A stretch of 64,000 nucleotides of DNA. It comes from Hypanus sabinus. Taxonomy: Eukaryota. The stretch is taken from assembly GCF_030144855.1 (NCBI RefSeq), contig NC_082728.1, positions 34,286,001-34,350,000 of the forward strand, in the 5' to 3' direction. Of the stretch, positions 36,401 to 49,800 are shown piece after piece. The notes under the pieces were generated by a model. It saw only the letters and a list, made by a program, of their open reading frames with translations, ran no database searches and had not been told where the DNA came from. Numbering within the stretch: position 1 is the first letter of the stretch; each line of letters begins with the position of its first letter. Position numbers and translations under genes: made by a program.

Positions 36401-39400
36401 ATCCAAACAAACTAAGAATAAAGTCAAATAATGTAAAGATTAATGATTTTTCTGTTTGTCTTTTATCTTATTTTGCAAGATATGATCATTTCTCTGTTTT
36501 GTGTGAATTACTTCCTGTGGGGATTCCATCCTTGGCAGTCTGTCTGCAGACCTTGAAACATGGTAAGCCCTAAAAATATATTAGTGTTTAAATACCTAAT
36601 GACTTTGTATTATGAAGACATCACTGTCTGATCCATTGCTTTGGAGAGTTTTACACATTAAATGACTAATTTCTGAAGTATTAGTAAATTTATAAACATG
36701 AGGTTCTACAGATACTGGAAATTCAGAGCAACACATACAAGATGCTGGAGGAACACAGCATGTCAGGCAGCATCTATGGAAAGGAATAAAGAGTCAGCGT
36801 TTTGGGCCAAGACACTTCTTTAGGACTGGAAAGGAAGAGGAAGAAGCCAAAATAAGAAAGTGGAAGAGAAGTACAAGCTGGAACATGATAAGTGAAGCCA
36901 GCTGAGGGGAAAAGTAGGTGAGTGGGGGAGTAAAGTGAGAAGCTGGGAGGTGATAGGTGGAGAAGGTAAAGGGCTGAAGAAGGAGGAATCTCTCTAAGAG
37001 AGGAGAGTTAACCATGGGACAAAGGGAAGGAGGAGGAGCACCAGTAGGAGGTGATAGGCAGGTGAGGAGAAGAGAAGGTGTAAGAGCGGAGCTAGAATAG
37101 GGAATGGAAAACGAGCGAAGGGGAGGAAATTACTGGAAGTTAAAGAAATCTGTGTTCAAGCTGTCAGGTTGGAGGCTACCCAAACAGAATATGACATATT
37201 TCTCTTCCAACCTGAGAGTGGCAGGGATAAACACCAGGAGAGAGGTGAGTGGGGAAGGACAAATTGGGGGGGGGGGGGGGGGGGAATTATGGAGAGCACA
37301 ATCCCTGCGGATAGTTGGGGGGGAGAGGTGAAGAGTGTTAGTAGAATCCTGTTGAAGATGGCAAAAGTTGCAAAGAATGATTAGAGGAAAGAAAATCCAT
37401 TTCTTTGAAGAAGGCAGACACCTCTGATACTCTGGAAAGGAAAACCTCATCCTAGAAACAGATGCAGTGGAACAGAAATAAGGGAATAGCAATTCCTATA
37501 GTAATGTTTGTTGGATATTTACAACCTGGAATTGGTAAGATGATCACCTGTTCAACAGACATCAAGCAATCAGAGGGGGTAGGAGCATTGCTTACAAAAA
37601 GCACTCAGTGGTCACTTTATTAGGTACACCTGTATACCAGCTTGCTAATGCAAACATCTAAATGGCCAATCTTGTGGCAGCAGCTCAGTGCATTAAAAAA
37701 CAGCAGACACAGTCAAGAGGTTCGGTTGTTCAGATCAAACTTCAAAATAGGGACGAAATGTGATCGAAGTGTCTGACCATGGACTGATTGTTTCTGCCTG
37801 ACAAGTTGGTTTGAGTATCTCAAACTGCTCATCATCTGGGATTTTTACACAACAGTAAAAAAAAAAGCGCACAGATAAAAACATCCAGGAGCAGCAATTC
37901 TGTGGGTGAGAATGGCCAGATTAGTTCAAGCTGACTAAGAGGCAACAGTAGCTCAAATAACAATGTGTTAGAACACACATGTTGAACTTTGAAGTGGATG
38001 GGCATAATAATTATCGCAAACAGCATTTACTTAAGATTAATACTACTTCTCACTAAGGTATATACTGAACAACCTCCCCATCAAAGTTTAGGTTACCTTT
38101 CCATTGTGATCAGTAGATACTCTTCACTTGGATAAATGGTTTATATAGTGTTTTTTAACTGAATGTGTTTATTCTCTCTGTTGGCATTCAAACAAAAGCA
38201 CATCATTAATCAGAATCACAGACACAACCTAAATCTTTTTGTTTGGTCAGTACTGTTTCTAGGAATAAACAGTGTGGTTGTCCTTTGAGTACAGACTCGA
38301 TAAATGTATGTGTAATTGTTATTCTCAATATACTTTCCCCAAGTCCAATGAGACTTGGGGAAATCACATGCAGGAGATGAAATGTACCTAACTTGCTGCG
38401 TCAATACTCTGATACTGCGCTTAATCCTTTGATTTATTATAATGCAAACAAATGCATTTGCCATAACATTTTGGTTTATCAGTTTAAATAGTAACAAGCC
38501 CAATTGTACAAAGTCTGGAAGAAATGCAATATAATTTTCTTTATCTCAAAATGACCTTCATTGAGAAACAGATTTACTAACAACCAAAATTGGTCTCCAC
38601 TTTTGAGTAGATTCACAGTGGAGGTTACTGTTCTACTAATATAAATAAAACCAGTCACAAAATTTTAAAGTTGTTTTAACTGGTATGATGCCCTTATACT
38701 CTACGTTGGGAATAAAACTTTATTTTCCCCTAATTCTGAAAATCTATTGTGTTGTAAAATAGGTGTGTTCTCTCTAAAGGAAGAGGAATATGTGAAACAG
38801 TCTCTTGGATGCAAAAGTCTAAGAATTGATTTTCTAAGGTAACAACTTTGTCTTTGTGTATTTCAAGGGCACTAACAAATATGCAGGATTTAAATTCTTC
38901 CAGGAAATTGTTCTTTTAAAATTTCTCTCTCTTCAGTCCTTATTTAGAAAATAAATACAAAAGTGGATGGTCCTGCAACAGTCTATTTGACTTTGCCATT
39001 CATTATCTGAATATTTTTTTAAAAAGAAATATTTGTGTATGTGTGGTGTTACTGCAGTGAAGGAATAAATTTAAAGTTTTTACTACAGGCCTTTTTCCCC
39101 TGTAGTGAAACCTTTAAGGGATAGCCCAACAAATAGCTTTATTTTTATGAATGATTGTAGCCAGAGAAGTGCCTCGATCTTTAAAACTAGTCGATAAAGT
39201 GTAGGCAATTGCATACAAATTTATGTTAATCGCAGAAGGAATTAAAGAACAGGTGGAAAAGCTGTTGAACACCTTTATTGCCTGTTGTGATTTGCCTGTA
39301 ACAACAAAAAAACACAACTGATTTTATTAGGGTCATAGAGTATTAGCATAGAAACAGCCCCTTTGGCCAATCTAGTCCATATTGAATTACTAATCTGCCT

Positions 39401-42400
39401 CATCCCATTGATTTACACGCAGACCATAGCCCTCCATACCTCTACTATCCATGTACCTATCCAAATTTCTCAAATGTTGAAATTGAACCTGCATCCACCA
39501 CTTCGGCTGGCAGCTCATTCCACATTCTCAGCCCCCTCTGACGAAGTTTCCCCTGATGCTCTCCTGAAATATTTCACCCTCAACCCATGACCTAATCTCA
39601 CCCAACCTCAGTGGAAAACACCTGCTTGCATTTACCCTATCTATACCCATCACGATCTTGAATGCCTCTATCAAATCCTTATTCTCCTATGCTGTATGGA
39701 ATAAAGTCCTAACCTATTCAACCTTTCCCCTTAACTCAACTCCTGGCAACATCCTCGTAAATCTTATTGATGGCTTTCTTGTAGGTAGGTGACCAGAACT
39801 GCACACAATACTCCAGATTAGTCCTCATCAATGACTTGCACAACTTCAGCGTAACATCCTAGTGCCTGTACTCAATGGTTTGATTTTTGAAGGCATAAAA
39901 TATTTGAATGAAATTAAATTTGCATTGAATGAAAGATTTATGATTTATTCCAGTGAAGATGGTAATTGAGAAGTCACAGCAATTCAAAAACAAATAAGCA
40001 ATAATTGACAGGTGAAATGTTATTCTGAAGAGATTCTGATGTACTTGTTTTACAGCGTTGAAGATGCTGGCAGTTTTCCAGGCAGTGAAGTACTTGACCA
40101 CGTAACTCACATTATTACTTACCTACAGGAATCTGTTGATAAACTTCATGAAAACATGTAAGAACTCAATTACCAAAATATAAATATTTGAAAAAACATA
40201 ATTATTAAATCTGAATTCTATTTCATTATCAAGATTAAGGTCTGGGTTTTGGGGTTGTAGGCATCTCTGGAGATAAGTGTGCTTATGTTCACCTGGCATA
40301 TGGCCTTTGTTCTTTCTGATCTTGTGATCATCTAAATACAAAAGCTTAGGGGTATGTTTTCCACCAGTGCTTTACAACTGACTTCAAATAAAGGCCTTCT
40401 CTGAAAGACGTCCAGAAAAGGGCAGCAGAAATCTTTTTGGGGGAAAATTGTTTATTTTTTAAGAATTATAGGTGACTGCTCGTGTTTGTGCAAAAACATA
40501 CTGAAATTATAAATGGGGTTCTGAATTGTAACCCAAATACTAGATGTCCAGAAATCTTGTAAAAATCTGGTACTGTAATTTTACTTGGTGATATTATATC
40601 CATCTATTCATGTGGTAAAAAGAAACTCCAGGCATTTTATTTTGACAACATTTTTGTACTCATTCAAGTGTTTGCACTTAGATGTAGGTTATTGAGGCAT
40701 TAGCATAGGGGTTCTCAACCTTTTTTATGCCATGAACCCCTACCATTAAACAAAGGGATCTGTGGACTCTTGGGTGGAAACCCCTGCCTTAGCAACTGAA
40801 AATGTTTTTTGAAATTCTCCTTTTCACTAATTGGATGTAAGCATTAAGCTGTTTAGAATACTAGACTGTGTTCTGTCAACAATGAACCAATAGCTTTGTA
40901 TATAGCTTTTATGTATTTATTGATTGGCATTATTCCACTAAAGGAGTTAAATCATTTTAATGGGTGTTAATTAAGTTTAGAAAACAAACTTTAATATTTC
41001 TGCAGTTTTTCACAGCATTGCTTGATAGTGATGTTTTCTTAAAAACTTGGGACTATCATTGAATGATGGTTACTGCTAACAGTGAATTAATGAATGTATT
41101 TTTTTGATACGGTGTTTTTTTTTAAAAGTCAAAACACATTTGGCTTCAACTGGATTTTTCCCCAAAATAAATGAATTGCTATACAAAAATATGCAGGTTA
41201 TTAACTATACTTTTGGTAAATGTTAGCTCCTAAAATTCAAAGGTTCAAAGGTCAAATCTAATGTCAGAGAAATGTGTACAATATACAACCTGAAATGCTT
41301 TTTCTTCGCAAACATCCACAAAAACAGAAGTGCCCCAAAGAATGAATGACAGTTAAACGTGAGAACCCTGAAGTCCCCCCCATCTCCCCCCTCCATTGAT
41401 AAGTGGCTGCAAGCAACAATCCCCTCCCCCTCCCACCAGCAAAAAAAATCGTGCATCAGTACCATCACTGAGCCCAAGCGTGTGCTTAGCAATAGCAAAG
41501 ACACAGACCAGAGTTACCCCAAAAGCTTCGCATTTCATCTGAAATTTGACAAACCACAAATTCTCTCTCTCCCTGGCAAGGGAGAGGGAGGTGTCCCCCA
41601 TTTTCACAAAGAGCGGGAGACATAACAACAACCTGCTGGTTTACACTCTTAAAAGTCCGTTTTGTCACTTTTTTTCAAGCTCTGTATCCAAAGATCGCAA
41701 AGACCTCGCGTCTTCAGGCCCACAGCGAAAGATTTTCCGGCCTCCCCAACGATACACGAGTCTCTTGCCAAGACTCCAACCCTTGATCCACCTGTCTCCA
41801 GAGCCCCAAGGTCTTCTGAACACAATTGAGATTCTCAGGGTGAACCCTTGGCTTGTTGAAAAGTGGCCAGTCGTGGAACCCCGGGAACGGGTCCCATTCG
41901 GGCAAAGAACTGAAGCCTGCATGTAACTCCAGGTTAGGGTCTTCAAAAGAACCCCGAAAGGGGAAAATAAAGATATTATAGGTAGAAATAGAGCTGTTTC
42001 CAAAGATGCAAGCAAAGGAGTCGCCGTTGGGTACCATGATCCCTCCTAATCTCCAACCCGAAAATTCATGCAGATATTTCAGGCATTTTATACCTTTTAA
42101 GACAAACCGGTCTTGTTTGAGACACTTAGCAATTTTCTGTCTTTTATTAGATATATAAGAGGATGGTTCAGTAACTACCACAGAAAGAGAAAGTACGTCC
42201 ACCCTGGTATCATTCAGAATTTTGAAGGAGAAGTTAGAAGGTATGATTTTATTCTGCTGATGTTTTACTTTATACAATGTAATAATGCATCTGGAAAGAA
42301 ACTACAGAAACAATTACTGATCTAAAATTAACCAGCTAACTAATAAAATGGAAATATTCTAAATAATAATGCATACTAAATGTTTTCTAGTGTCTGTGCA

Positions 42401-42565
42401 CTTTGGGGGGCAGCCATAAGTAAACTGCGTACAGCAATGGAAAGAATCTATTATCCAGATACTGTGGAAGAGTGGATGGAAGAACACGTTAACCCAGCTT
42501 TGACAAGGTTACAATGCCTTGTGCACGATATGGATGAAGCTTTAGCATCAATTGACATCAAATAA
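21437..42565 (+). CDS. HEXD: Hexosaminidase D (GH20 family), complete, 491 aa
   Basis: Coding exons, all GT-AG and phase-consistent: 21437-21565, 25349-25458, 26885-26972, 28397-28561, 33904-34087, 35166-35237, 35879-36080, 36480-36562, 38763-38838, 40056-40157, 42151-42240, 42391-42565 (1476 nt). Motifs: [44 protein letters not shown] (catalytic DE pair), [41 protein letters not shown]. Confidence 0.97.
22805..25200 (-). mobile_element. Rex1/Babar-type LINE relic (APE plus RT) with an internal inversion at ~24140-24470
   Basis: Minus strand: [12 protein letters not shown]...[19 protein letters not shown] (endonuclease) and [15 protein letters not shown]...KFADDTT (RT). Plus strand: [24 protein letters not shown] (EN-RT linker, inverted). 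Confidence 0.85.
28745..30055 (+). mobile_element. CR1-type LINE 3' fragment
   Basis: [29 protein letters not shown]; [15 protein letters not shown]; CR1 3' UTR gggcctatttctgtgctg and the ctatgactcta tail. Confidence 0.85.
29009..29206. mobile_element. Palindromic mini Penelope insert with a hammerhead motif in the loop, nested in a CR1
   Basis: Inverted arms ~29011-29074 and 29109-~29172. Minus-strand hammerhead-like motif at ~29072-29104. TSD GATGAT(A/G)TGGTTAA at 28995-29008 and 29207-29220. Confidence 0.85.
30303..32070 (-). mobile_element. CR1-type LINE RT/3' fragment
   Basis: [14 protein letters not shown]...[26 protein letters not shown]; [14 protein letters not shown]; [32 protein letters not shown] (frameshifted). 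Confidence 0.9.
32733..33322. mobile_element. Solo LTR (590 bp)
   Basis: TGTAAC...GTTACA termini with a 4-bp TSD TAAG (32729-32732 and 33323-33326). No internal coding region. Confidence 0.8.
36695..37495 (-). mobile_element. Degenerate Penelope-like element fragment
   Basis: pLTR-like start plus the ORF relic [30 protein letters not shown]. Confidence 0.75.
37601..38010. mobile_element. Partial Tc1/mariner MITE of the same family
   Basis: TIR cactcagtggtcactttattaggtacacctg. Reverse-complement similarity to 19900-20096 plus 20827-20940. Confidence 0.75.
39325..39900 (-). mobile_element. CR1-type LINE 3' fragment
   Basis: Reverse-complement similarity to the CR1 3' region at 29500-30050 (gtaggtaggtgaccagaactgcacacaatactcc). 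Confidence 0.7.
40706..40786. mobile_element. 81-bp hAT (Charlie-like) MITE
   Basis: TIRs taggggttctcaacc and ggtggaaacccctg. 8-bp TSD cattagca/ccttagca. Confidence 0.7.
41234..42042 (-). mobile_element. Non-autonomous LINE-mobilised retroelement (family unassigned)
   Basis: GC-richer block ending (minus strand) in a tandem tttgaacctttgaa tail, with a possible 7-bp TSD CTCCTAA (41227-41233 and 42043-42049). Confidence 0.5.
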
Positions 42566-45500
42566 AAAAACATATGCCTTTGTCTTCAAAGAGTCATTAT
42601 ATCAATTCATTTAATTTGAATGTTACTGCATTTGATGATTTGCACTCAAGGTTCATCCTATCAAATAAATATAGGCACTGTCAGTGCCTGTGTGCACACT
42701 ACCTGTTTCATCTTCTGAGGTATCCAGGCATGGACAATACCCATCAAATGTTGAGGAGTAATGCATGAAATTTAAAAGAATCAGTTATGTACAATGGTCA
42801 AAAGTTCACTGTTCAATTTCTGAGAATGTAGCCTCAATTTACAGTAAGCTGTTTCTGTGTGTATTGTTTCAATCGAGACATACCTATAGTATGTTTCAGT
42901 CCTATTATCCTTCTCTGTTTTGAATAACAACCAAAGTCAAACAGTTTCTTTTGAATGTTTCTGTGCCAAGCAGATTTGCTTACAATGAGGTGTGGATAAA
43001 TTGAATTAATTTCTCAAAGATTTAAAAACTGTGAAATGCTGTAACAGGGACCTGGCTGGAGTATATCTGCTTAAAAACAATTCTCAAAGTCAGAATCAAT
43101 TGTTCTGATATACTGTGGACATGCCCTTTTTTATATTAGTAATTAAATCTGTCATATGTTGAGAAATCTTTGTCTTAATAAATTTTGACTAAGAAAATTT
43201 AACATTTTAATTATTAATGTGAACAATTAACTGTTAATAAACAGCTTTAATTCTAAATTGTTTTCCTTTATCTTCACATCCATTGGTATTGAAATTCAAG
43301 TTTGTGTAGCTAAATCATAACTGCAATCTGAAAGGTTACTATTATGATAAATTTACACAAGGCACACAACTGGCAACTGCTGAAAAGTAAGTTTCATTCG
43401 AACTTTTATTTACAAAGACAGTTGTTATCAGTCTATCTGTCAAACAAAAGCTGAATCCAACAAGAAGATGAGCACTGAGTATGTGAGGAGCTGTACTTCC
43501 ATGGTTTATTGTCATCTTGCATGGAATGGACTCAAACATGTAATTATTTTACATTAAGATAATAGGAGCAGAAGTCAGCCATTTGGCCCATTGTGTTCTG
43601 TCATCAGTCATATTTATTTTCCCCCTCATCCTCATTCTACTGCCTTTTTCCCGTAACCTCGGATGCCCTTACTAATCAAGAATTATCAACCTCTGCATTA
43701 AATATACCCAGCGACTTGTACTCCATCACACTCTGGCTAAAGAAATTCCTCCTCATATCTGTTCTAAAGGGATATCCTTCTGTTCATAAACTCGCCCACT
43801 ATGGGAAACAGCCTCTCCACATACATTCTACTTAGATCTTTCAATATTGGACAGGTTTTAATGCGATTTCCCTCCCTCATTCTTCAAAACTCCAGCGAGT
43901 ACAAGCCTAGAGCCATCAAACATTCCTCATACATACATTATCTCTTTCATTCCTGGGATCACTTCCTTTACTGTCTGTCAATAGTTTGTACGTTCTTCCT
44001 GTGACTGCATGGGTTTCCTCTGGGTGCTTCCATATTCCAAGAATGTGCAGGCTAGTAGATTAATTGGTCAAATGGGGGTAATTGGGTGGCAGGGACTTGT
44101 TGGCTAGGAAGGGCATACTACTGTACTGATTCTCCAAATAGAAAAATAAAATGAGACTTTCAACAAGGTGCAGCACATAACTCTTCTAAACAAGAAGTTA
44201 GAACATCATTTCTTAGATATGGAGTCCCATACTGATCATAATACTCCAATGCGGTCTGACCATTGCATTACAAAGTCTCAGCATTATATCGTTTATGTTA
44301 CAGTCCTCTTGGAATGAATGCTAACATTGCATTTGCTTTCCTCACTACCAACTGAACCTACAAGTTAGCTTTAGGGAATCTTGTACTAGGACTGTCACAT
44401 TCTTTTGCACCTCCAGTTTCTGAATTTCCTCTGTTGGGAAAAAAAGTCCATACATTGACTATACATTTCTTTGCATTCTATTTCATCTACTGCTTCTTTG
44501 CCCACTCTTTTGGGCTTCTACCAGTCAACTAATCTTCTGTCCATGCTTGTGAAGGGTCTCAGACAGAAAAGTCAACTGTTTATTTCTGACCAGCTGAGCT
44601 CCAACAGCATTTTTAATGTTATTCTGTCTAGCTAATATTTGATGTAATATCATAGACTTACCTTGTTTAGAAGACTTATGTGCAGTACCTTGTTGGTCTT
44701 TTTTGTTTTTGGAGAATCAGTACAGTAGTAGGCCATTCCTAGCCAACAAGTCACTGCCACCCAATTACACCCATTTGACCAATTAACCTGCACATTCTTG
44801 GAATATAGAAGGAAAATGGAGTACCCAGAGGAAACCCATGCAGTCACAGGAAGAACCTACAAACTATTGACGGACAGTGAAGGAACTGAACCCAGGTTAC
44901 TTGCACTGGATAGTGCTATGTAACATGCCGTGCCTTCAGAAAAGCCAAGTAATCCACTTCCACTGACTCTCCTTTGTCTATCCTGTCTGTTATTTCCTCA
45001 AAGAATTCCAATAGATTTGTCAGGCAAGATATCCTCTTAAGGAAACCATAATTGATTTAGTGCCTCCTCATCCTTAATAATGGGCTGTTAACAACTTACC
45101 AACTGTGGAAGTGAGGCTAACTGGCATATAAGTTACTGTCTCTTGCATCCCTCCATTTTAAAAGAGTAGAAGTGACATTTGTGATTTTTCCAGTCCTCTG
45201 GCTTCAATTCAGAATCTAGAGTTCCATGGAAGATCACTTTCTAATGCCTCCATAATCTCTTCAGCTATCTCTGTCAAAACCCATTCGGTCCAGGTGATTT
45301 ATCTAACTTAAGACCTTTCAGCTTTCAAAGCACCTTCTTAGTTATAGCAACCACACTCACTTATGCCCCCGACTTGAATTTCCAACATGCTGCTCGTGGG
45401 GTTTTCCTTAATCCCACTGAAAGAAGCTCCTCATGTTTTAAATCTTCTCCACTGCCTTGCGCAATGATGAGCTACTGCAACTGTGCACTTCTCCCAGTCT

Positions 45501-46857
45501 AATGAACTACCTTATTGTGATCTACTAGATCATGTTCCTTGTATCTTTTTGTTTATTAAAATTTAACACATTGAGTCCTGAATTCACCACCCTTTTCAAT
45601 TTCCACTCCATGTTGTCGGAAGTTAAATTGTTAACCCTTTCTAAACTTTTTGTCTTATTCTTTATTTTGGGAACTTCAGCAATCTCTCCCTTTTACTTAA
45701 TCCAAAATTTTGCAATCTTTAAATAATTAATATTTCTGAACACATCCTTTCACAATGATTTTTATTTGAAAATAGTGAATATGCAAATTATTCAGAATTA
45801 TGCAAGCAATTACTGTAGATGCAGGAAATTTGAAATACCATTATTAAGCTGAAATGTTCTTTTTATAGATGATACTTGACCCATGTTTAGTATTAGATAG
45901 TAGCTCCAATAATAGCTGGACAAAAATGAAGATCCCAAAACAAAAAGGGTCTGTCAAAACAGAATTCATGCAAAATCTATTTGGCCATTCGAAATAATTT
46001 CAAGTTACAACACAAACTACTCAACACCTAAATTATTCTAATGCTACGTTGATGTTTATATATCCAAAATTGATGCTTTAGCATCACATTGTATGAAAAT
46101 TCTTTCATAGGAAACCCCAGAAAGAAGTTTTAAGCAGCTGTAGGCAGAATATTTTCATATTATCTCTCCTTTTGATGCAGGAGACCATTTGGCCTATCAA
46201 GGCTATGCTGGCTATTTCAATAATCCCATCAAGCCCATTTTGCCACTTATTTCACTGCAAACTATTTTCTTTCTCTCTCATGTCCATCAGCTCTATTCTC
46301 TTCCCATCTACCTGAACTGAGGGTAATTTACAATAACTACTTAATGTACCAATAAACACATTTTTAGGATCTGTAAGGAAACTGGAGCACCCATGGGCAA
46401 CCCAAGTTACCACAGGGAGAACAAGCAGCATCCACATGCACAGCACCAAAGTTCAGGATTGAATGTGGGCTTCTGGAGCTAAGAGGCAAGAGCACTACTT
46501 TCACAATGCACCACTTCTTTTAAACTGGAATAGTTAAAATAAATACAAAACTAATTTCTCCGTTCCAATTTTCCTGGATGGATATTATTTTTGACAGTTT
46601 GTACAATTTATTGTACACTTATTTAAAGCAAGCAGTCAATGTTAGCATTGATGGAATGTGAAAAGTATAGTTCATTGCACTGGGGAAGAAGTTTGCTTCT
46701 TTGTTAAGTGTTGGACACTGATTGATCACTATACTTTCATAAGTGGTGTGTTTATAGATGATCTTTTAATGTTCCACAATATTGTCAGACGCTAAAAGCC
46801 TTTGGTTTACTTTAGTTGTGTTCAAAATGTCTGTGAACCGCTTTCTGCCATTAATCA

Positions 46858-49800
46858 TCAGTTTTTTTCATTGTCACTACCAGTACTTTCACTGCTGTCT
46901 GCAGACAATTCTGCTTTCTCATCAAAGTCAGGTTTGTTAAGATTCAGAAAGTTGATTATAAGTTCCGCTATGGCCTTCACATCACTGTGAAAAGAAGAGA
47001 AAGACAATAAATTAGAAATGCAAACTTCGGGAAAAGCATTTTGGTGCAACAAGTGGATAGGATGCACAAAATACGTGGGATATAAAGTCAATACTATCCT
47101 TTAAAACTAAACTGGATAAGCATATGGAAAGCGTCTGGAATATAGTACAGACTGACAGGAAAGAATTTGGACTAAATGGATTGTCCTTCAAAATTGCTGG
47201 TACAGATTTATTTGTCTTCAAGGCTGTACTTTAGTGGTTTCTGCATTCATCTGACAAGAAAACACAATTTATAGTTTCTAATTTACTTTTGCTTATCAAT
47301 AGTGGCTGCAGAAGGTGCAACATTGCCAAGTTATCATATGTTAGTTTGTTGGTTCCTACTTGTTTTGTCCTTCATGGTAAATGTAAAAATAATATTTTTT
47401 TCTGTATTACATTCTTGTGCTTTGCTCACTCTTTGATCTGAGAACAAGTATGATTTCCTCCTAGACATCTCGGCCCGAAACGTCGACAGCGCTTCTCACT
47501 ATAGATGCTGCCTGGCCTGCTATGTTCCACCAGCATTTTGTGTGTGTTGTTTGAATTTCCAGCATCTGCAGATTTCCTCGTGTTTGCTCTTTAACAACTT
47601 TCTAAAACTACCTTCTCTCCTAAATTTTCCCTCTTATCTGTTTTTCAACAGTGGCACAATTGTGTGGATAATCATGAATTTAGACCATCCGTTTGGTCTA
47701 AGGCTCATCAGTTGCACTGCTGGAGATGCTGATATAGAAAATATGAAAAAGTAATTTAATTCACAGGAACTTATACAAGTAATTAAATCAGCATAACTGT
47801 GTGAAACTTCAATATAAATACTTTTTCTAGTTCTCCAACATAAATATAACGTAGATTAATATATTTCACAATCCAATTGACTCAAGAAACAAAGAGTTTA
47901 CCTTTGATTACCCAGCACTGCGCTTTGGGTAAGTGGATGTGAAAACCCAGCTGAAAATCTCAGTACAACAACATAACCTTTGCCCAGATATCGTATTCTC
48001 TCCTCCTCCACAGTCACGTCATGAATATGCTGAATCTGCATCACAACTATAAACAGTCTGCTGTGAGTCACCAGCATAAGCAAAATTAGCATAAAAATTA
48101 TAGCACACGGTGATGCCACTCAATGTTCCTTTAACATGGTAAAGGTGAATTGGCTCATGTCATTGCATTAAGGTGAAATCTACAGAAGATGCCACATGCA
48201 TTGTTTCTGCCTTGTTGCAAAGGTTGACATTAAAATGCTGGTCTTTCCATAAAGGGCCCAAACCTTGTTTTAGCCTTTTCCTTGGCTCAATATTTTAGGC
48301 AGATTATAAAATATTAATTAATTAATTAATTGAGATACTGGGCAGAGTAGGCCCTTCCAGCCATGCCGCCCATCAACCCCCGATTTAGCAGTATCCTCAC
48401 ACAAAATTCTTACGAGACTGGCGGGAACTGAACCTGAGTCATTAATACTGTAAAGCGATGCACTAACTACGCTACCATGCCGCCCTCTGGCAACCCACAT
48501 GAACTAAAAATAAATAATTCCTTTTCTGTACAAAGGGAGTAATTATTTCTCCACCACTTCAATATACTTTAAGATTTCTGTCATCACATTCAAAGAATTT
48601 TTCATAGAGGGCAAAAAGCTATTTGATACAAGAGCTAATAATTAGCAACTCACCTTGTTCCTGGCTGTTAGACCACATGGTCAGTATCCTCGTATAAAGG
48701 TTAAAATTCTTAAGAATTGCAGTTCCTTTAATCTTGTCAAACACAACTTCCTGAAAAACAGAAGAGGCATCAGCATTAAACAAATCAAAAAACACCAAGG
48801 CCTACATTCTTATTTCTTGCCAGTTATCATTATATTCAACAAACTACGTACAAAGTTTTTATTCATCAAGTATAAAAGGTGATGCTCAGCAGATGGTGCA
48901 CACGTTCGCAACTGCAAATGTAGAGCTTTCCCCAATTAAGTTTTTGTCACTTGCCAAAATTCAGATAATAATTCAAAAGTTCTCAATTCAATTGTTAAAT
49001 ATGAACTTAGCACACAATCTGGGCCATCATCTTTTCACAGCTACCATCAGACAGAAAGTACAGAAGTCTTCTTGTTTCAATTTCCAGCATCTGCAGATTT
49101 CCTCATGTGAAGTCTTGTATCACCTGGTTCAACAACAGCTACTCCCTTTATCCTTTTGGTTCTTGAATCAGCCAGCAAAACACTCATTACTGCAGATTAG
49201 CACCACACTGATCTCCCTCCTGGCATTTAGCCCAACAAGCATGACAAGTGCTGTAAGTTCCCCTACACCTCCTCTCTCACCACTATTCAAGACCTTGAAC
49301 AGCCCTTCCAAGTGAGGCAGCAGTTCACTTGTGAGTCCGTTGGTGTCATCTATTGTATCCAAATGCAGCCTGCTTTACATCAGTGAGACCCATTGCAGAC
49401 CGGGTGACCATTTTGCCAATAACCTTCACTCTGCTGTAAGAAGCAGGATCTCCTCATGGTTACCCGTTTCAATTCAACTTCCCATTCTGACATGTCTGTT
49501 AATGACCTCCTTTACTGCCATGATGAGGCCAAATTCAGGTTGGGGAAGTAACAACTCGTACTCTTTTCGGGGTAGTCTTCAACTTGATGGGACAAATACT
49601 GATCTCTTTAATTTCCAGCTATTTCTTCCCTCTACCACCTTAATAGTCTGGCTTCTACCTCCTTTTCCAATCCAGATGAAAGCCTTGTCCTGAAACATTG
49701 ACGGTTTATTACCTTCTACAGTTGTTACCTATCTTGCATGTGTTGAACTATGAATACCTTGATCATTCTACACTAAAATTTACTTTTTTAGTTTAACAAT

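Noticed and set aside
41665-42277. Minus-strand ORFs of 116 and 187 aa as an antisense gene
   Set aside because: They span a repeat insertion and the antisense of a HEXD exon, with no protein features.
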